NCBI RefSeq assembly: GCF_004010195.1
Contig: NC_057711.1
Location: 74,354,418 to 74,399,672 of the forward strand
Reading direction: 5' to 3'
Source: Chiloscyllium plagiosum
Taxonomy: Eukaryota
Length of the DNA stretch: 45,255 nt
In this document: piece after piece, positions 12,745 to 24,898 of the stretch
How the letters are laid out: each line of letters begins with the position of its first letter
Numbering within the stretch: position 1 is the stretch's first letter
Notes under the pieces: model-generated
What the model saw: only the letters and a program-made list of their open reading frames with translations
Databases searched by the model: none
What the model was told of the DNA's origin: nothing
Made by a program: the position numbers and the translations under genes

Positions 12745-12990
12745 CCTGTAGTGATTGGAACTAGATGGACCTTGACTACATTGGGGCTGTTAATCTGGGC
12801 CAATCAGGAAAGCCCTACTGCTGGTTGGCACCAGTCAGGGGAGGGAATTGTATATTTAAAAAAAACTAGGAGATTAGAATTTCCTTAATTGAAGAATGAC
12901 TCTGAGTTGGCTGGCCACAGCCAGTGTACTGTGTACTAGTAAATAAAGGATGACTTGGTGATGCGATATGGACCTCTGTGCTGTTATTTT
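12745..12990 (+). mobile_element. Probable solo LTR
   Basis: ATTGG/CCAAT inverted pair, TATA-like segment and AATAAA followed by gtgacttggtga-like U5 sequence. Resembles fish and shark Gypsy LTRs; identified by recognition only. Confidence 0.45.
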
Positions 12991-12999
12991 AAAGTCTGA

Positions 13000-13412
13000 A
13001 CGCTATAGAGTACTCTCCACTTTCCTAGATGAGAGCAGCTCCAACAGCACTCAAGTGGCACAAACTTACATTACTGCCTACACTGCAGCAATTCACTAAC
13101 TGTCCTTCAATATCACCATCTATGCACATGACTTCTATCATTTCTTTCAGGGCAGGGGCAGCCAATGCCCTTGGGAGTCCACCACCAATTGCAGGTTTCT
13201 CTCCAAGTTTTACACCATCCTAACTTGGAAGGCTATCACAATTCTTTCTCTGTCACTAGGTCAAATTTCTGAAATTCCCTCTTACTGTACCACAGATATA
13301 TTTCCATCTAATGGATGCAAACACTTAAGGAAGCAGCTTAAGGGCAAATAGCATTTGGCAAAAAGTACTGACATACCCAGTGACACCCACTTGCCATGAA
13401 TGAATTTAAAAT
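13000..13412 (+). mobile_element. Old LINE (CR1/L2-group) 3' fragment
   Basis: Degenerate C-terminal coding remnant. Its 3' tail (cccacttgccatgaatgaat) is shared with the SINE tail at 22290-22340. Confidence 0.55.
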
Positions 13413-14222
13413 AATCTAATTTTTAATTCCATGAAGGCTACCCATTACAGTTGATGGAAAGGGGACATGTGAATACTGAGACACCAGGGTATGAATAATC
13501 TAAGTTCAGTCACATTTAATTTTCACAGTTTCTGACCTACTAGAAAAAGCTGCTCTAGTTTCTAAAATGTTTGGGTTATTCTTTGTGGCCAAGGAAGAGT
13601 ATAAGTACCTCCCCCAGCCGAAAAACAACAAACTTCGCTCAACAAACTTCACACAAACTTAAAAACTTGGCTCAAAATTTCAAACTGGCCATCTTCCTCA
13701 GTTTCTTGACATATCTTTCTAGGACACTTTCCATCAATTTCCAGAGGCATCCTGTAGCAAATCATTTCTAAAAATCACACCAACCGCAATCTGAAGGCAT
13801 TGTCCTCATGGCCCTAAAGTCCTCACTGATCAGGTTTATGGGTATTCTTAGTTAGGTCTTGGCTGATCTGATATCAAAGTAAATGGAGAGGAGGAATGCA
13901 TTCAATCCATTTATTCAATAAAGTCTCTAATGCTACCCCACTGTGGCATAAAATGCTTATTTTAACTTTCAAATTTTTTACAATCTCTAGTGGAAAGTTC
14001 GTTCCATGTGTTCATCATTTTTCTTGCAAAGGTGAAATGTTAATCAGAATTTAATTTCTGTTAGCATTTTTAGAACTTGTGCGCTATATTTATGCAGGAA
14101 TAAGGGGGAAAAGTTGCAATTCGCCCAGATATGCTTTACATTTAAACAAATTCTGAATGCTTTAATTTTCAAGTACAACAGGAAATGCTGGAAATACTCA
14201 ACAGATCATGTAGCTCTGCGAA

Positions 14223-14930
14223 GAAAGTTAAAAATCACACAACACCAGGTTATAGTCCAACAGGTTTATTTGGCAGCACTAGTTTTTGGAGGCCATTCCT
14301 TCATCAGGTGGTTGTGGAGCAGAATCATACAACACAGAATTTATAGCAACAGGATTACAAGTGCCATGGAATGTAATATTAAACAAGTTTAGCTTGAGAC
14401 TTTCATCGCTTAAAGTAATCATGTTTGTTTCAGTTCCTTCATATGTAAATCCCAGAAGTTTTTTGAAGTTACATTCTCAAGGTAGCTTTTAACAATAGGT
14501 GTCATCTCAGCTCAGATAATGCATTGGAGGTGTGAAGTTAAAATGTCTATGTCCCAATATTAGGTCAGGCTGATTGTATTTCTAAAATAGGACTTACAGA
14601 AGTTTACATGGATTTATGCAGTTTTTGAGCAAAATAAATATAATTCTGCAAGTACAACCTCACCCCACAAACCTGTGTGTGTGTGTGGTGCAGTGTAGTG
14701 TGACATGTACCCTATGTCCCAGTTGAGGCCATCTCCATGGCTATCAGTCTCTGCTGGGCCACCTTGCATTGTTGTCTGTCCTGAAATGTGGCTTGGAGGA
14801 TGGTCACCCGAAGGTCCAAGGCCGAATGTCCCGGACCACTGAAGTGTTCTCTGACTGGGAGGGAACACTCCTGGCTGGCGTTGCTGTAGCCTCTGCTCAG
14901 TCTCGTCAATGATGGTTCTGGTATGTATGA
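14223..14930 (-). mobile_element. Penelope-like element 3' fragment (end of GIY-YIG region, 3' UTR, pLTR with mutated hammerhead)
   Basis: ORF 14712-14966 contains SLPVREHFSGPGHSALDLRVTIL...QQRLIA. Terminus matches 21431-21515 and 28790-28870. Hammerhead GAAA is mutated to AAAA. Confidence 0.85.
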
Positions 14931-16084
14931 ATCTGATTGTCTCCGTGGACAGATTGGTGGCAGCAATGGAGACAGCAGGAGGATGAGGGACCCTGATATC
15001 CCTCCAGGTACCCTTTCCTCACAAAAGCACAGGGTGGTGCCAGTAGATAATCATCTGAAGGAAGAACTACATAAGGGCTGCACAGATTTCTCCCCGTCGG
15101 GCACGCCAGAGGTGTACAGACCCTCTAACACCACCTGCTGTACTCTCTGAACCTGTGGAAGTTCAAAGCGAGGACAGTGGACCTGCATCTGGCTAGGACA
15201 CAAACAGCACAATGGTACCTGTGCCCTTTTGCCACCAGTGCCCCTTTAGGTTTCCCGCTCGAAGCTGGAAGGAAAGGAAAAAGAAAACCGTCGAGGGCTC
15301 AAAAGTGATATGAATGAAATGTTATTGTAAATATTTCATTATACTTTTGAAAAAAGTTAGCTTTTCATCATCAGCTCAGTAAGTGATTGTCATTTTAACT
15401 TCAACTACAAGAATGAAGATAAGCAGACCACCATTATCAACACATAATGTCCTGACCCCTGTCTGAACAATCATTATTCTCTCTATAGCACCAATCCAAG
15501 TATACAACTTAGTTATGAATGAATGAGGGAGCATCAGACATTGTGAATCTTCCATTAGTTTGTTACCTTTAATTTTTATTCAACAACAGGAAAAGCATGC
15601 AAAGATCAAAGCATTAATTTGCATTTGAAATTGGAATTACATTGGGAACACTGGCTTCTGCAGCAACAAAACAGTTACAGTCAGTGAAAGATGACGTCAT
15701 ACAACTCAGTTCCATTGAATGAAGATCATCAAGAAGTCCTATCTGGGTTTTTTTGGATGATGCTAAAGTTGATGTTCTTCCTGAAGAGTAACCTTATTTC
15801 TCTATTCTGTACAATGCTGTGTCTCTCACGGATCTCCATTAACCATTACATAACCTTGCAGCATCACCCAGGTGTCAGGAGTTAAGCACAGTATCCTGTA
15901 TCTGTGTATTTCTGCATTGAAGCCTCACATGTGGCCTACATGGGAACCTGATGTGGAAGAGACATACAATGGTCCTTACCGACCTGAATGGAAGAAGCTG
16001 TTGCATTGCAGATATGTTGGACATCATGACACGGTCTTCCGACCTCAACCTCTGAATACAGTATAGCATCACTTCCCTTCCCTT

Positions 16085-16362
16085 ACAGAACAAAGAACAT
16101 AAAACAGACCAACACAGGAACAGACCCTTCAGCCCACTATGTCTGTGATGACCATGACAAATCCTACCTACATGCACATGACTTCTAACCCTCTAATTTA
16201 TGTTTGTTCATGTATCTGTCTAAATGCCCCTTAAACTTTTCTGCTTCTACCAGCTCTCCTGGCAGTCCATTGCAGGCACGTACCACCCTCTGTGTAAAAA
16301 GAAATTTCCTTGCCCATCACTTTTAAACTTTTCCCATCTCACCTTAAACCTATGCTCCATAG
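16085..16362 (-). mobile_element. CR1 LINE 3' end fragment
   Basis: Homologous to 32500-32780 (taccaccctctgtgtaaaaa...ctcaccttaaacctatg). ORF 16247-16429 contains HRFKVRWEKFKSDGQGNFF. Confidence 0.8.
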
Positions 16363-17707
16363 GTTCCATATGCTCTCTTGTACCATGAGAGTCTTTGGCA
16401 GAAAGCTCCATGTTAGGAGGCTGCTTCACAACTGTTGGAGATTACTGCTGGTCCTGGGATTCAAGACATTTGTGTTCTTCATCCATTCATGTAAACGCTC
16501 TTACTGAAATGGCCACAGACATGACAACAGTCTCTGTTTCTGGATCCACTGGGGTCAGTTCTGATGATCCTAATTGAGCAACAGCAGAAACAAAGTAACT
16601 TCTCAATAATGGGCAGAACCCACAAATGATATTTAAACAGCAATCTGAAAATATGGGGACATGGAGGCCTCTGCCAAGGAGTACAATGGGCTGTATCTAA
16701 TTGATCATTCACATCTTTGACCTGATTTAAATGTATGTTGCTCAGGATTACAATAAGAGACCTTACATATGGTCATAATTATGGAAACATTTCCCCCCAG
16801 CTCCTTTCAAGAAAGGCAGCTTTGCCTACAGGATGATGGTGTGCACGTGTTATAGTTCAAGCGGTAAGATGAGCAAGTCTCAGACCTTTTGCAGACTATG
16901 AAACCCTGGAAGGTGTAATAGTGATGGATCAGAACCCAAAAGGACTTATAGACTATTTTTCCTTTTAATTCCAAAATGCGTACTTATCGTAAAGTGAAGA
17001 TTGCTATAGAAAACACGGCAGATTTAAATTCAGGGATTGTCTGGCTAAGTCCAATGTGAAGCCATTGTAATGGCACACATGTAAGTTACCAGGAAAATGC
17101 TACCAGGAGACTTTGCAAGAGGCAATAATGAGGCAGTTGAATCTACCTTTTCAGCAGAAAACCATCTTTTGCAAATATGTCTGTTTTATCTTCAAGGTAT
17201 AACCAAGGACAGGGGCTAAAATGACATTTTCAACTCTACTGAAGTGAATTAGTGGGACTGAATTCAAGGTTTGGCATCACAGTTGAAGAACTCTTCCCTA
17301 GTCTCTGCGTGTTGCAGCTAAATGAAGAGTATCTCTTATTCCAAGTGCTCTTATGCTGAGTACTACAAACCAGCTTAAAAAGGAATCAGGACAAAGCCTA
17401 CAAAACCACGAATCTTGAAATCGTCTGTTCAACTGTCAGTGTCTTCACTGCTGGTAACAGCCACTGCAACAACCACAATGTTTAATGTCTCCCCTTCACA
17501 AACAATTCAGTGACTGATCTGTATAATCTTTTTATTTATTTTTATCTTTTGGACTCTTCTAATTTCTAATCTATGTTTAGGTTTGTTGCAATACTAGTTA
17601 TTCTTATCTTCAGTAATTAATAAAGTGCAGATGGCATGCAGAGATAGGGGGTTGGTGAGCTGATGTGAAAGAAGATGTTGAATGCAATATTGTGAGTGGT
17701 GGATCAT

Positions 17708-17962
17708 AGGAAAAAGTGAGGACTGCAGATGCTGGAGATCAGAGTTGAAGACTGTGATGCTGGAAAAGCATAGCAGGTCAGGCAGTGTCCAAGGAGCAGG
17801 ATAATCAACCTTTTGGAAATAACCTCTTCATCAGAAATGAGTCTTGTGGGCCAAGGGGACTGAGAGATAAATGGGAGAAGGTGGGGCTGAGGGGAAGGTA
17901 GCTGGGAATGCGATAGGTAGATGAAGATGGAGGTGAAAGTGATAGGTCGGAATACAGAGTGC
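17708..17962 (-). mobile_element. Penelope-like terminal fragment of the same family as 34183-34430
   Basis: Colinear match aaagtgaggactgcagatgctggagatcagagttga...cttcatcag...cttgtgggccaagggg...gagagataaatgggag. Hammerhead is degenerate. Confidence 0.85.
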
Positions 17963-18727
17963 TGGGAGCTGCAGCAGATAGATGATGGGAGCATTTACCC
18001 CGTCAGAGTACAGAAGTCATTGACCTTCTTCTTGCATTACTGAGCATTCCTCAGGACTGTTGACACTTCACTGGCTCTGGTGGCAACTTCAGACCCACCA
18101 TTCTTTGGCTGATAGGGTGTGATGCAATGATCTCTTTTGCCAGTCCACCACCCCATTCTCAAGGAGCTCCAAGTGCCTATTGAAGAATCAAGATGCCAAC
18201 TTTCCTTTCTCAGGCAACTTCCTTTAGACCTTTGTCTTTAGCAAACCATGTGAGTGGCAGTTCCTGACTCAGTGTTAGAAGCTGGAATTTAAATATGGTG
18301 AAAATCCTCACAAGTTTCAATAAGTGCTTCTATTGCTGCTGAATGCAAGATAGTGTGAGAGTTGCACCATAGAGATGTAATGCATACATAATAATGTAAG
18401 CAGTGGAAGATTAGCAAGATAACTTGTGAGAGCTCACAGAAAAACATCCTCTGTGAAACTCCCTGAAGTAGACACTCCCACCAACATCAATTGCTCCACT
18501 TGATTTACCTCATTGTGCTGTAATGACTCCTTCCTCCCTGGGTCAGAATTATACTGATCAATCTAACTGAAAACGTGTCAGAAGGACTTGTCCTTAAATT
18601 AATTTTAAGATATTTAAAATCTTGCATTAGCATTCATTTCTAGCTTTGTTTTCACATTTCCTTTATCTACAAGTTGCAAGTGAAGAATATAATAGAATAC
18701 TATACACTTGCCCAGAACAGTGTATTT

Positions 18728-19050
18728 TTTAAATTGATTCACAGGATGTGGGCATTACTAGCAATGCCATATTACTGTCCATCACTAATTGCCCAGAGGG
18801 TAGCTAAGGGTCAACACGTTGCTGCCAGTCTAGAGTTATATGTAGGCCAGACAAATAAGGATGGCATTTTCTTTCTCGAAAGGGCGTTAGTGAGCCAGAT
18901 TAGTTTTTCCTAACAATTGACAATAGTTTCATGGTCTCCATTAGACTCTTAAATGCAGACTTCTTTTTAATTAAATGAAAATTCCACTATCTGTCATGAC
19001 AGGATTTGTACAGTCCAGCAATAATGCCACTGAGCCATTATATCTCTTGT
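18728..19050 (-). mobile_element. Old SINE, second family (possibly SacSINE1/DeuSINE-like)
   Basis: Reverse complement aligns loosely with 21965-22340, and it matches 32270-32465 plus 33412-33595 directly. Confidence 0.6.
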
Positions 19051-21482
19051 ACACCATCCATGTCAATGCCCCCACCACCTGACAATAGAAACAGGAGGTG
19101 ATGTTTAATTTATGCCTAGTTGTTAAAATTTTGCAGCACTATGGACTCATCACTCTCTCCCCTGATCAATTCACATCTCTAGGTTAATATCGGGGTCTGT
19201 GTGCATGAAATACATTGTGCACTGGTAACTGGTTCTGTATGAAATTGCAAGTGGATAAACTGCATAAACAGCATTTTAAAAAAAGGCAATTAACACCTGT
19301 TTAGTTAGGCACAAAGGGCAAATTATATTGTAGGTCAGAATGCTTTAAAAATTGATTGTTTCAGAAACATTCTTTTGTTAGAAATTGCTGGTCTGCTAGT
19401 TTTCACTGGACCCTTGTTATGAAATTAGTTTCTATGATTTTTCTATGTTGGTTTTAATAATCCAGAAAATTACTACGTACAGTATGGGGCATAACATAAT
19501 TGATAGTGAGACAGATCGTTGCTTTTCCTATTAGAGGACTAAAAGAGATATAGTTCGAGACCTGGAAATGTTCTTCTGCCACGATCAAGAGATTTGTTTA
19601 TAATGCACTTGTATGTCTGCATTTGATCTCATCTAAATGTGCATAATTTACTTCAATACAGAAATGTTTCTATTAGCTTGTCATTTTCATGCCATGGAAT
19701 ATTGCAATAACATTAACCGATCTGAAAGAGTAATATATGTAAGAAAATGTATTTAGTCAACTGTTCAGTTGAATGACCTAGCTATTCAACCATAACCTGC
19801 AGTGACTCATCACACCATATGTTCCTTTGTTTTGTTGGCAAGTGATTTGATTACTTTTGACTGCTACATGTATATGAAAGGATGGTGGACTATGGTTGGG
19901 AGGAAAAGAGGCAGAGTGAATGGATGTCAGGTGGTGTAAGGCTGGCTGGAGCTGATGGGATTTGACAAGCACTGCAGCCACTTGTGGTAATGGATGTCTC
20001 TGCCATAGCAGTGAAGAGGTGAAAAGGATTTAATTCCCCTTGAAAGAAGGAAACATGAGTCATTATTTAATTACTGCCTTCAGTGAAAATCCCCCAGCAT
20101 CCCATGTTGATTTATAGGCCTGTCTCTTATTTCTTATATTAATGAACAAGTGGGGATTTTAGATCTGCTCTGAATTAGTTTGCTTCCTCTGATCTGCATA
20201 GAAGTTTACTTCATATTTCTTGAAATCCTTTGCAAAGTAGGCAAAGTTAACCATCTATTGTTAAAAAAAATCCAAGGAAATATTTCCAACATTCATATTA
20301 TCAAAGTTAACATGATTAAAACTATGATTTTTTTTAACATGGGAAGAAAATGGAGAACATGGAGAAATGAAGAAGTATGTGATTTATATTTTGCTTTATC
20401 ACTATAAAATTTTCAGATTTGTAATGAACTAATAACTTCTGGCATGTGTAAACTACTTTCCAATCAAAAATTGTCAATGAGAGGTACATTATTACAATAA
20501 AATTTCATTTGAGAAGTAATATTATTGGTGTTGGCTGATATTTGTGAGATTCACTTCTCACAAATTAATGCCAGATATCATGGCAGATAAATCAACTTGA
20601 GTAAAAATGAAGCAGCAAGGCTCAAGTGAACAGAAACATTTTTCTCTGTTAATAACACATCAATTTTCCTGTGGAACCCTTTAGGGGGTAACTAGTTGAT
20701 ACTAAGTATTATTACAATTTATATTTGTTTTATTTGCAGCAATAAGAATTCAAGCTTGCTTTATTCCTTTTCCCTGGGTGGTAACTGGTCAAAGTTGTAT
20801 AAGTTGTTAATTTCTAAGCTAACACAACATCAAATATACTTTAGATAAACCTCCAGTCTATTTATGATGGAGAAATCAACCTAACAAATTTTAAAAACAT
20901 TATCAAGTGTGGCAGTGGGTCAATAGTGTGGAGAATAAAAAACTCATTTTGTTTCTAAACCTTCAGTTGTTTTTGGACTCAGATGCTAACAGTTTGACTA
21001 TAATCACTTTTTCACCACAGGGAGCTCCTAAAGCTATCTAATTTGCATCTGAATCCATTGCACTTCTCCTGTCTGCTTTTTTGGAAAGTAGTTTAAATAA
21101 TTCAATAAAAATGTACACATGTCCAGTGTTTTTCTTCTGTGTTGTCTTACAGACTAAATCTTTGGAGATCCTTGAAGTAATCCATAATGATCCATTGCAA
21201 GATCAATTAGAAATTCATTGCAGCCGTCTCTCTAATTCCTTCCATTGCTTCTTTTGTAAGCTGGATCGGAATGTGGATTTCGTCACTCTGGAACAAATTG
21301 CAGTAATATGAACAGAATTAATCCTACATACTTATATCAGAAAGGAGCTTTAGTTTGCAGGAACCCAACTAACAACAGTTTGCATTTATGTAGCATAATT
21401 TAGCTGGTAAAGCATACCAAGATGTATCAGGTTAAAAATCACACAACAACAGGTTAGAGTCCAACAGGTTTAATTGGAAGCA

Positions 21483-21517
21483 CACTAGCTTTCGGAGTGT
21501 CACTCCTTCATCAGGTG
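21483..21517 (-). ncRNA. Minimal type I hammerhead ribozyme motif, intact core
   Basis: Minus strand reads cac-CTGATGA-a-ggagt-gac-actcc-GAAA-gc-TA-gtg. Stem I is cac/gtg, stem II is 5 bp and stem III is the palindrome AGCU. Confidence 0.8.
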
Positions 21518-21526
21518 ATAGACTGT

Positions 21527-21561
21527 CACCTGATGAAGGAGTGTCGCTCCGAAAGCTAGTG
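21527..21561 (+). ncRNA. Minimal type I hammerhead ribozyme motif, intact core
   Basis: cac-CTGATGA(21530-21536)-a-ggagt-gtc-gctcc-GAAA(21551-21554)-gc-TA-gtg. Predicted cleavage is after CUA at 21558. Confidence 0.8.
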
Positions 21562-21964
21562 TGTTTCCAATTAAACCTGTTGGACTCTAACCTGGTGTTG
21601 TGTGATTTTTAACTTTGTATACCCCAGTCCTACACCAGCATCTCCAAATCAAGATGTATCAGAATAGTGTTATCAAGCAAATGTTTACAAGATATCATCT
21701 GAGGAGATATTAAGGCAGATGATTAAAAGCTTGGTCAAAGATATAGGTTTTAAGAATCATTTTAAAGGTGGAATATGAAGTGGAGAAAGGGGATTTTAAC
21801 CAGTACTGTTGGCCTGTGATCAATATTATAATTGTGTAAAGACAAAAAGCCCTTCAAATGAGATGGATGTCTAAATGTGAAATTACCAAACAACAAGTTT
21901 TCACATTTTAAGACTTTTACTATAACAAACAAGATAAAATCAACATACATAAAAAATTTAGGCA

Positions 21965-22340
21965 AGATGGTGGCATAGTGCTGATGTCACTAAGCAAGTA
22001 AACCAGAGAAGTTGGTTAATCCTTGGGGACATAGCTTCAAAGCCCAACATGGCAACTGGTGGAGTTTTAGTTTAGACTATAAATTTGGAAAATAGTACTA
22101 GACTCATTAATGGTGACTAAGAAAGCTGCCAAGAGTTATTGTAAAAAAACATATCTTGTTCTCTAATATCCTTTAGGAAACATTTGATTTATATTTGACT
22201 TCAAACTTATAACAATGTGGTTGACTTTTAATTGCCATCTGAGATGGCCTAATCAGCCAATCAGATAAAAAAGACTAAAGGCAGGCAGCAAATACAGGCC
22301 TTGCCAAAGCTGCCAACATCCCATGAAAGAATAAAGATAA
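21965..22340 (+). mobile_element. Old SINE, second family (possibly SacSINE1/DeuSINE-like)
   Basis: A-box-like TGGCATAGTG head, B-box-like gcttcaaagccc and LINE-type tail ending catcccatgaaagaataaa. Several other copies are in the window. Confidence 0.6.
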
Positions 22341-22599
22341 AGAACATACTTAGCAGGAAAAAAATACACTAAATTAAGTAAGAAATCCTACTTTGCATTA
22401 GCTAATTAACACAGTTGAAATTCATCTTGTATAGTGAAAGAACTGGCTACCTTGAACGGGGATAAATTACCAGTACCAGGAGAATAGTAAGTTAGGCATT
22501 AAAGTAAGTCAAGGAGTAAATAACAGATGATCTGAGGATAATTTTACAATCCTTACTAGATACATGCAAGCTATCATGAGATGACACACCAAGTCTATG

Positions 22600-23320
22600 G
22601 AAGGATATAGACAGATTAAGTGAATAGGCAAAAACTTGACAGATGGAACATAACCTAGGAAAATGTGAGGTTATGTACTTTGACAGAAAGAATTAGATTA
22701 GATTACTTACAGTGTGGAAACAGGCCCTTCGGCCCAACAAGTCCACACCGCCCCGCCGAAGCGCAACCCACCCATACCCCTACATTTACCCCTTACCTAA
22801 CACTACGGACAATTTAGCATGGCCAATTCACCTGACCTGCACATCTTTGGACTGTGGGAGGAAACCGGAGCACCCGGAGGAAACCCACGCAGACACGGGG
22901 AGAACGTGCAAACTCCACACAGTCAGTCGCCTGAGGCGGGTATTGAACCCGGGTCTCTGGCGCTGTGAGGCAGCAGTGCTAACCACTGTGCCACCGTGCC
23001 ACCCACTAATAGAGGAGCCAAATATTATTTAATGGGAAATACAGCAGACAGCTATAGCAGAGAGGGATTTGGGTATTCTGTGTATTCAGTACAAAAACAA
23101 ACATACATCTTCAGCAGGTAATAGGGAAGGCAAATTGAATGTCATCCTACATTTAAAAGGAATTGAATATCAGAATAGGGAAATACTGCTAAAATATATA
23201 TACAAAGTGTTAGTCAAATCACAGCTGAAATACTATGAACAGTTTTGGTCCATTTGCCTAAGTAAAGATAGAATGGCTTTGGTTGCAGCGCAGAGAATAT
23301 AAGTTGACCCCGGGTGAGGA
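22600..23320 (+). mobile_element. Old CR1 LINE RT C-terminal fragment, interrupted by a SINE
   Basis: KDIDRLSE*AKT*QMEHNLGKCEVMYF lies before the SINE. RDLGIL...LKGIEYQNREILL..YKVLVKSQLKYYEQFWS follows it. Confidence 0.85.
22694..23004 (-). mobile_element. Young full-length tRNA-derived SINE (HE1-like)
   Basis: Minus strand has A-box TGGCACAGTGG and B-box GGTTCAATACC. Many CpGs are retained and the tail is (TCTAA)n. Confidence 0.95.
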
Positions 23321-23784
23321 GGTACTAATAAAAAATGAACTATGTATGACAATCTTGGGCTAGGTGAGTTTAATTGAGGGAAGAATGTGCAATTAGCAGG
23401 TATCCATTCCAAAGGGTGACTGGGGTATTCTTCACATTCCCTTTCCATTCGGGACAGGCTGAAACTTCGGAAGGATCCATAAGTGCCAAAGTAAGAAATA
23501 CATTGACCCAAAAGATAGCAATACCTTTTTGAAGTTCTGCCCACTTGGTTTCTTAACAAATATCAGTTTCCTTTTTAAGATTGACTGCACCTGGACCTCT
23601 CATGTGCTGGCCACCTGCCTCGATTGTAGGAAAAATCAACTCATTCACATGATTTAAGATCGGTCAATATCTAGCCTTAACAACAGCTAGGCATTTCTTT
23701 CCCTGGATGTCAACTGATGGGGACGGAAACGCCAGAATTTTGGGATCATGAATTAATCACTCAAATAAAAGTTGCAGATAAAAT

Positions 23785-24005
23785 ATTTCAGATACTGGAA
23801 ATTTGAAATTAAAACAGGAGATGCTGGAGAAATTCAGAAGGTTTTGGCAAAATCTGTGGAGAAAGAAACCGAGTTGAAGTTTTGAGTCCATTATGACTCT
23901 TCAAATCTCAGAGTCACAGAAGAGTCATATCATGCAAGAGTCATATTATATCTGCAGAGATGTTGCCAGACCTGCTGACTTTCTCCACCGCTTGGTTTTT
24001 ATCTG
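23785..24005. mobile_element. Old, degenerate palindromic PLE pLTR insert
   Basis: 23811-23860 is an inverted match to 23951-24000. Inner inverted pair is tatgactcttc (23892-23902) / gaagagtcata (23919-23929). Related to 38369-38470. Confidence 0.65.
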
Positions 24006-24677
24006 TGAAATTTATCTTTTTTTTGGAAAATTTGATTTTAATGAGAATACTCCCTTTTTGAGAAGTATCTCACATTTGAAATACCAAACTCAGCAAATCT
24101 ATTGCATTGGCAGCTCATACTGTAAGGGTTATCCCCTAGGAAGCTTCTGGGACTGAAATAAAAATTAAACATTTAGTGGTCTGAGGAGAAATGAATCAAG
24201 CATTTCAGTTTTAGTATGCCTGCCACTGATCTGTTTTCCAGCACTTTACATCAATTTTTGATGTAAAAATATGAACATTACAAGCACAAATATACTTGAC
24301 TGATGGATTGTTCCTGATGAGTTTGTTCACTGCTGCAGCAACCTTCAGATTACAATCACAACAGATTGAATGATTTTCAATTATAAAACATATGCCACAG
24401 TTCTGAAGTTCCTACCTTTCTCTGTTAAAAAGCAATTTTCCCATCATTCATTCCTTTTCACACATGTTGAAATGCATTTTTTAAAAATCCCATTTTTTGT
24501 GGATTTCCTTAGTGTTTCTTGCATTTATAATGGTGGGTCAGTGAAAACACCATTTTACATAATAGATAATCGAGAGCAATCTTGAGAACCCCAAGAAAAT
24601 TCCTGTAATTAATTTATTTTGACATCTTGCAAGGAGTGTAGTTTTAAGAATCTTCAGATTGCTCCTTCATATTAAAT

Positions 24678-24898
24678 AGAGACAAAAAAAAACTGGAGAT
24701 GTTGGAATCCGAACGACACAGGCAGGAGGTTGGAAGAACACAGCAGGCCAGGCAGCATCAGGAGATAGAGAAGTTGACATTTTGAGTGTAACCCTTCTTC
24801 AGTCCTGAAGAAGAATTACAGCCAAAACATCGACTTCTCTACCTCCTGATGCTGTCTGGCCTGCTGTGTTCTCCCAACCTCCTGCCTGTGTATTCCTT
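24678..24898. mobile_element. Palindromic PLE pLTR insert with degenerate hammerhead cores
   Basis: Inverted arms at 24716-24802 and 24805-24891 around cttcag-tc-ctgaag. ATATTAAAT occurs at 24669-24677 and 24899-24907. Confidence 0.88.

Larger units (their letters stand above)
21431..21649. mobile_element. Palindromic (head-to-head) Penelope pLTR insert with a 13-bp flanking duplication
   Basis: 91-bp inverted arms at 21431-21521 and 21523-21613. CAAGATGTATCAG occurs at 21418-21430 and 21650-21662. Confidence 0.93.

Noticed and set aside
16915..17625. LTR-like stretch (also ~26090-26650)
   Set aside because: The composition and AATAAA are suggestive, but no TG..CA termini, TSD or second copy could be established.
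22930..23004. tRNA gene
   Set aside because: The A and B boxes belong to a SINE head that continues into SINE body and tail.
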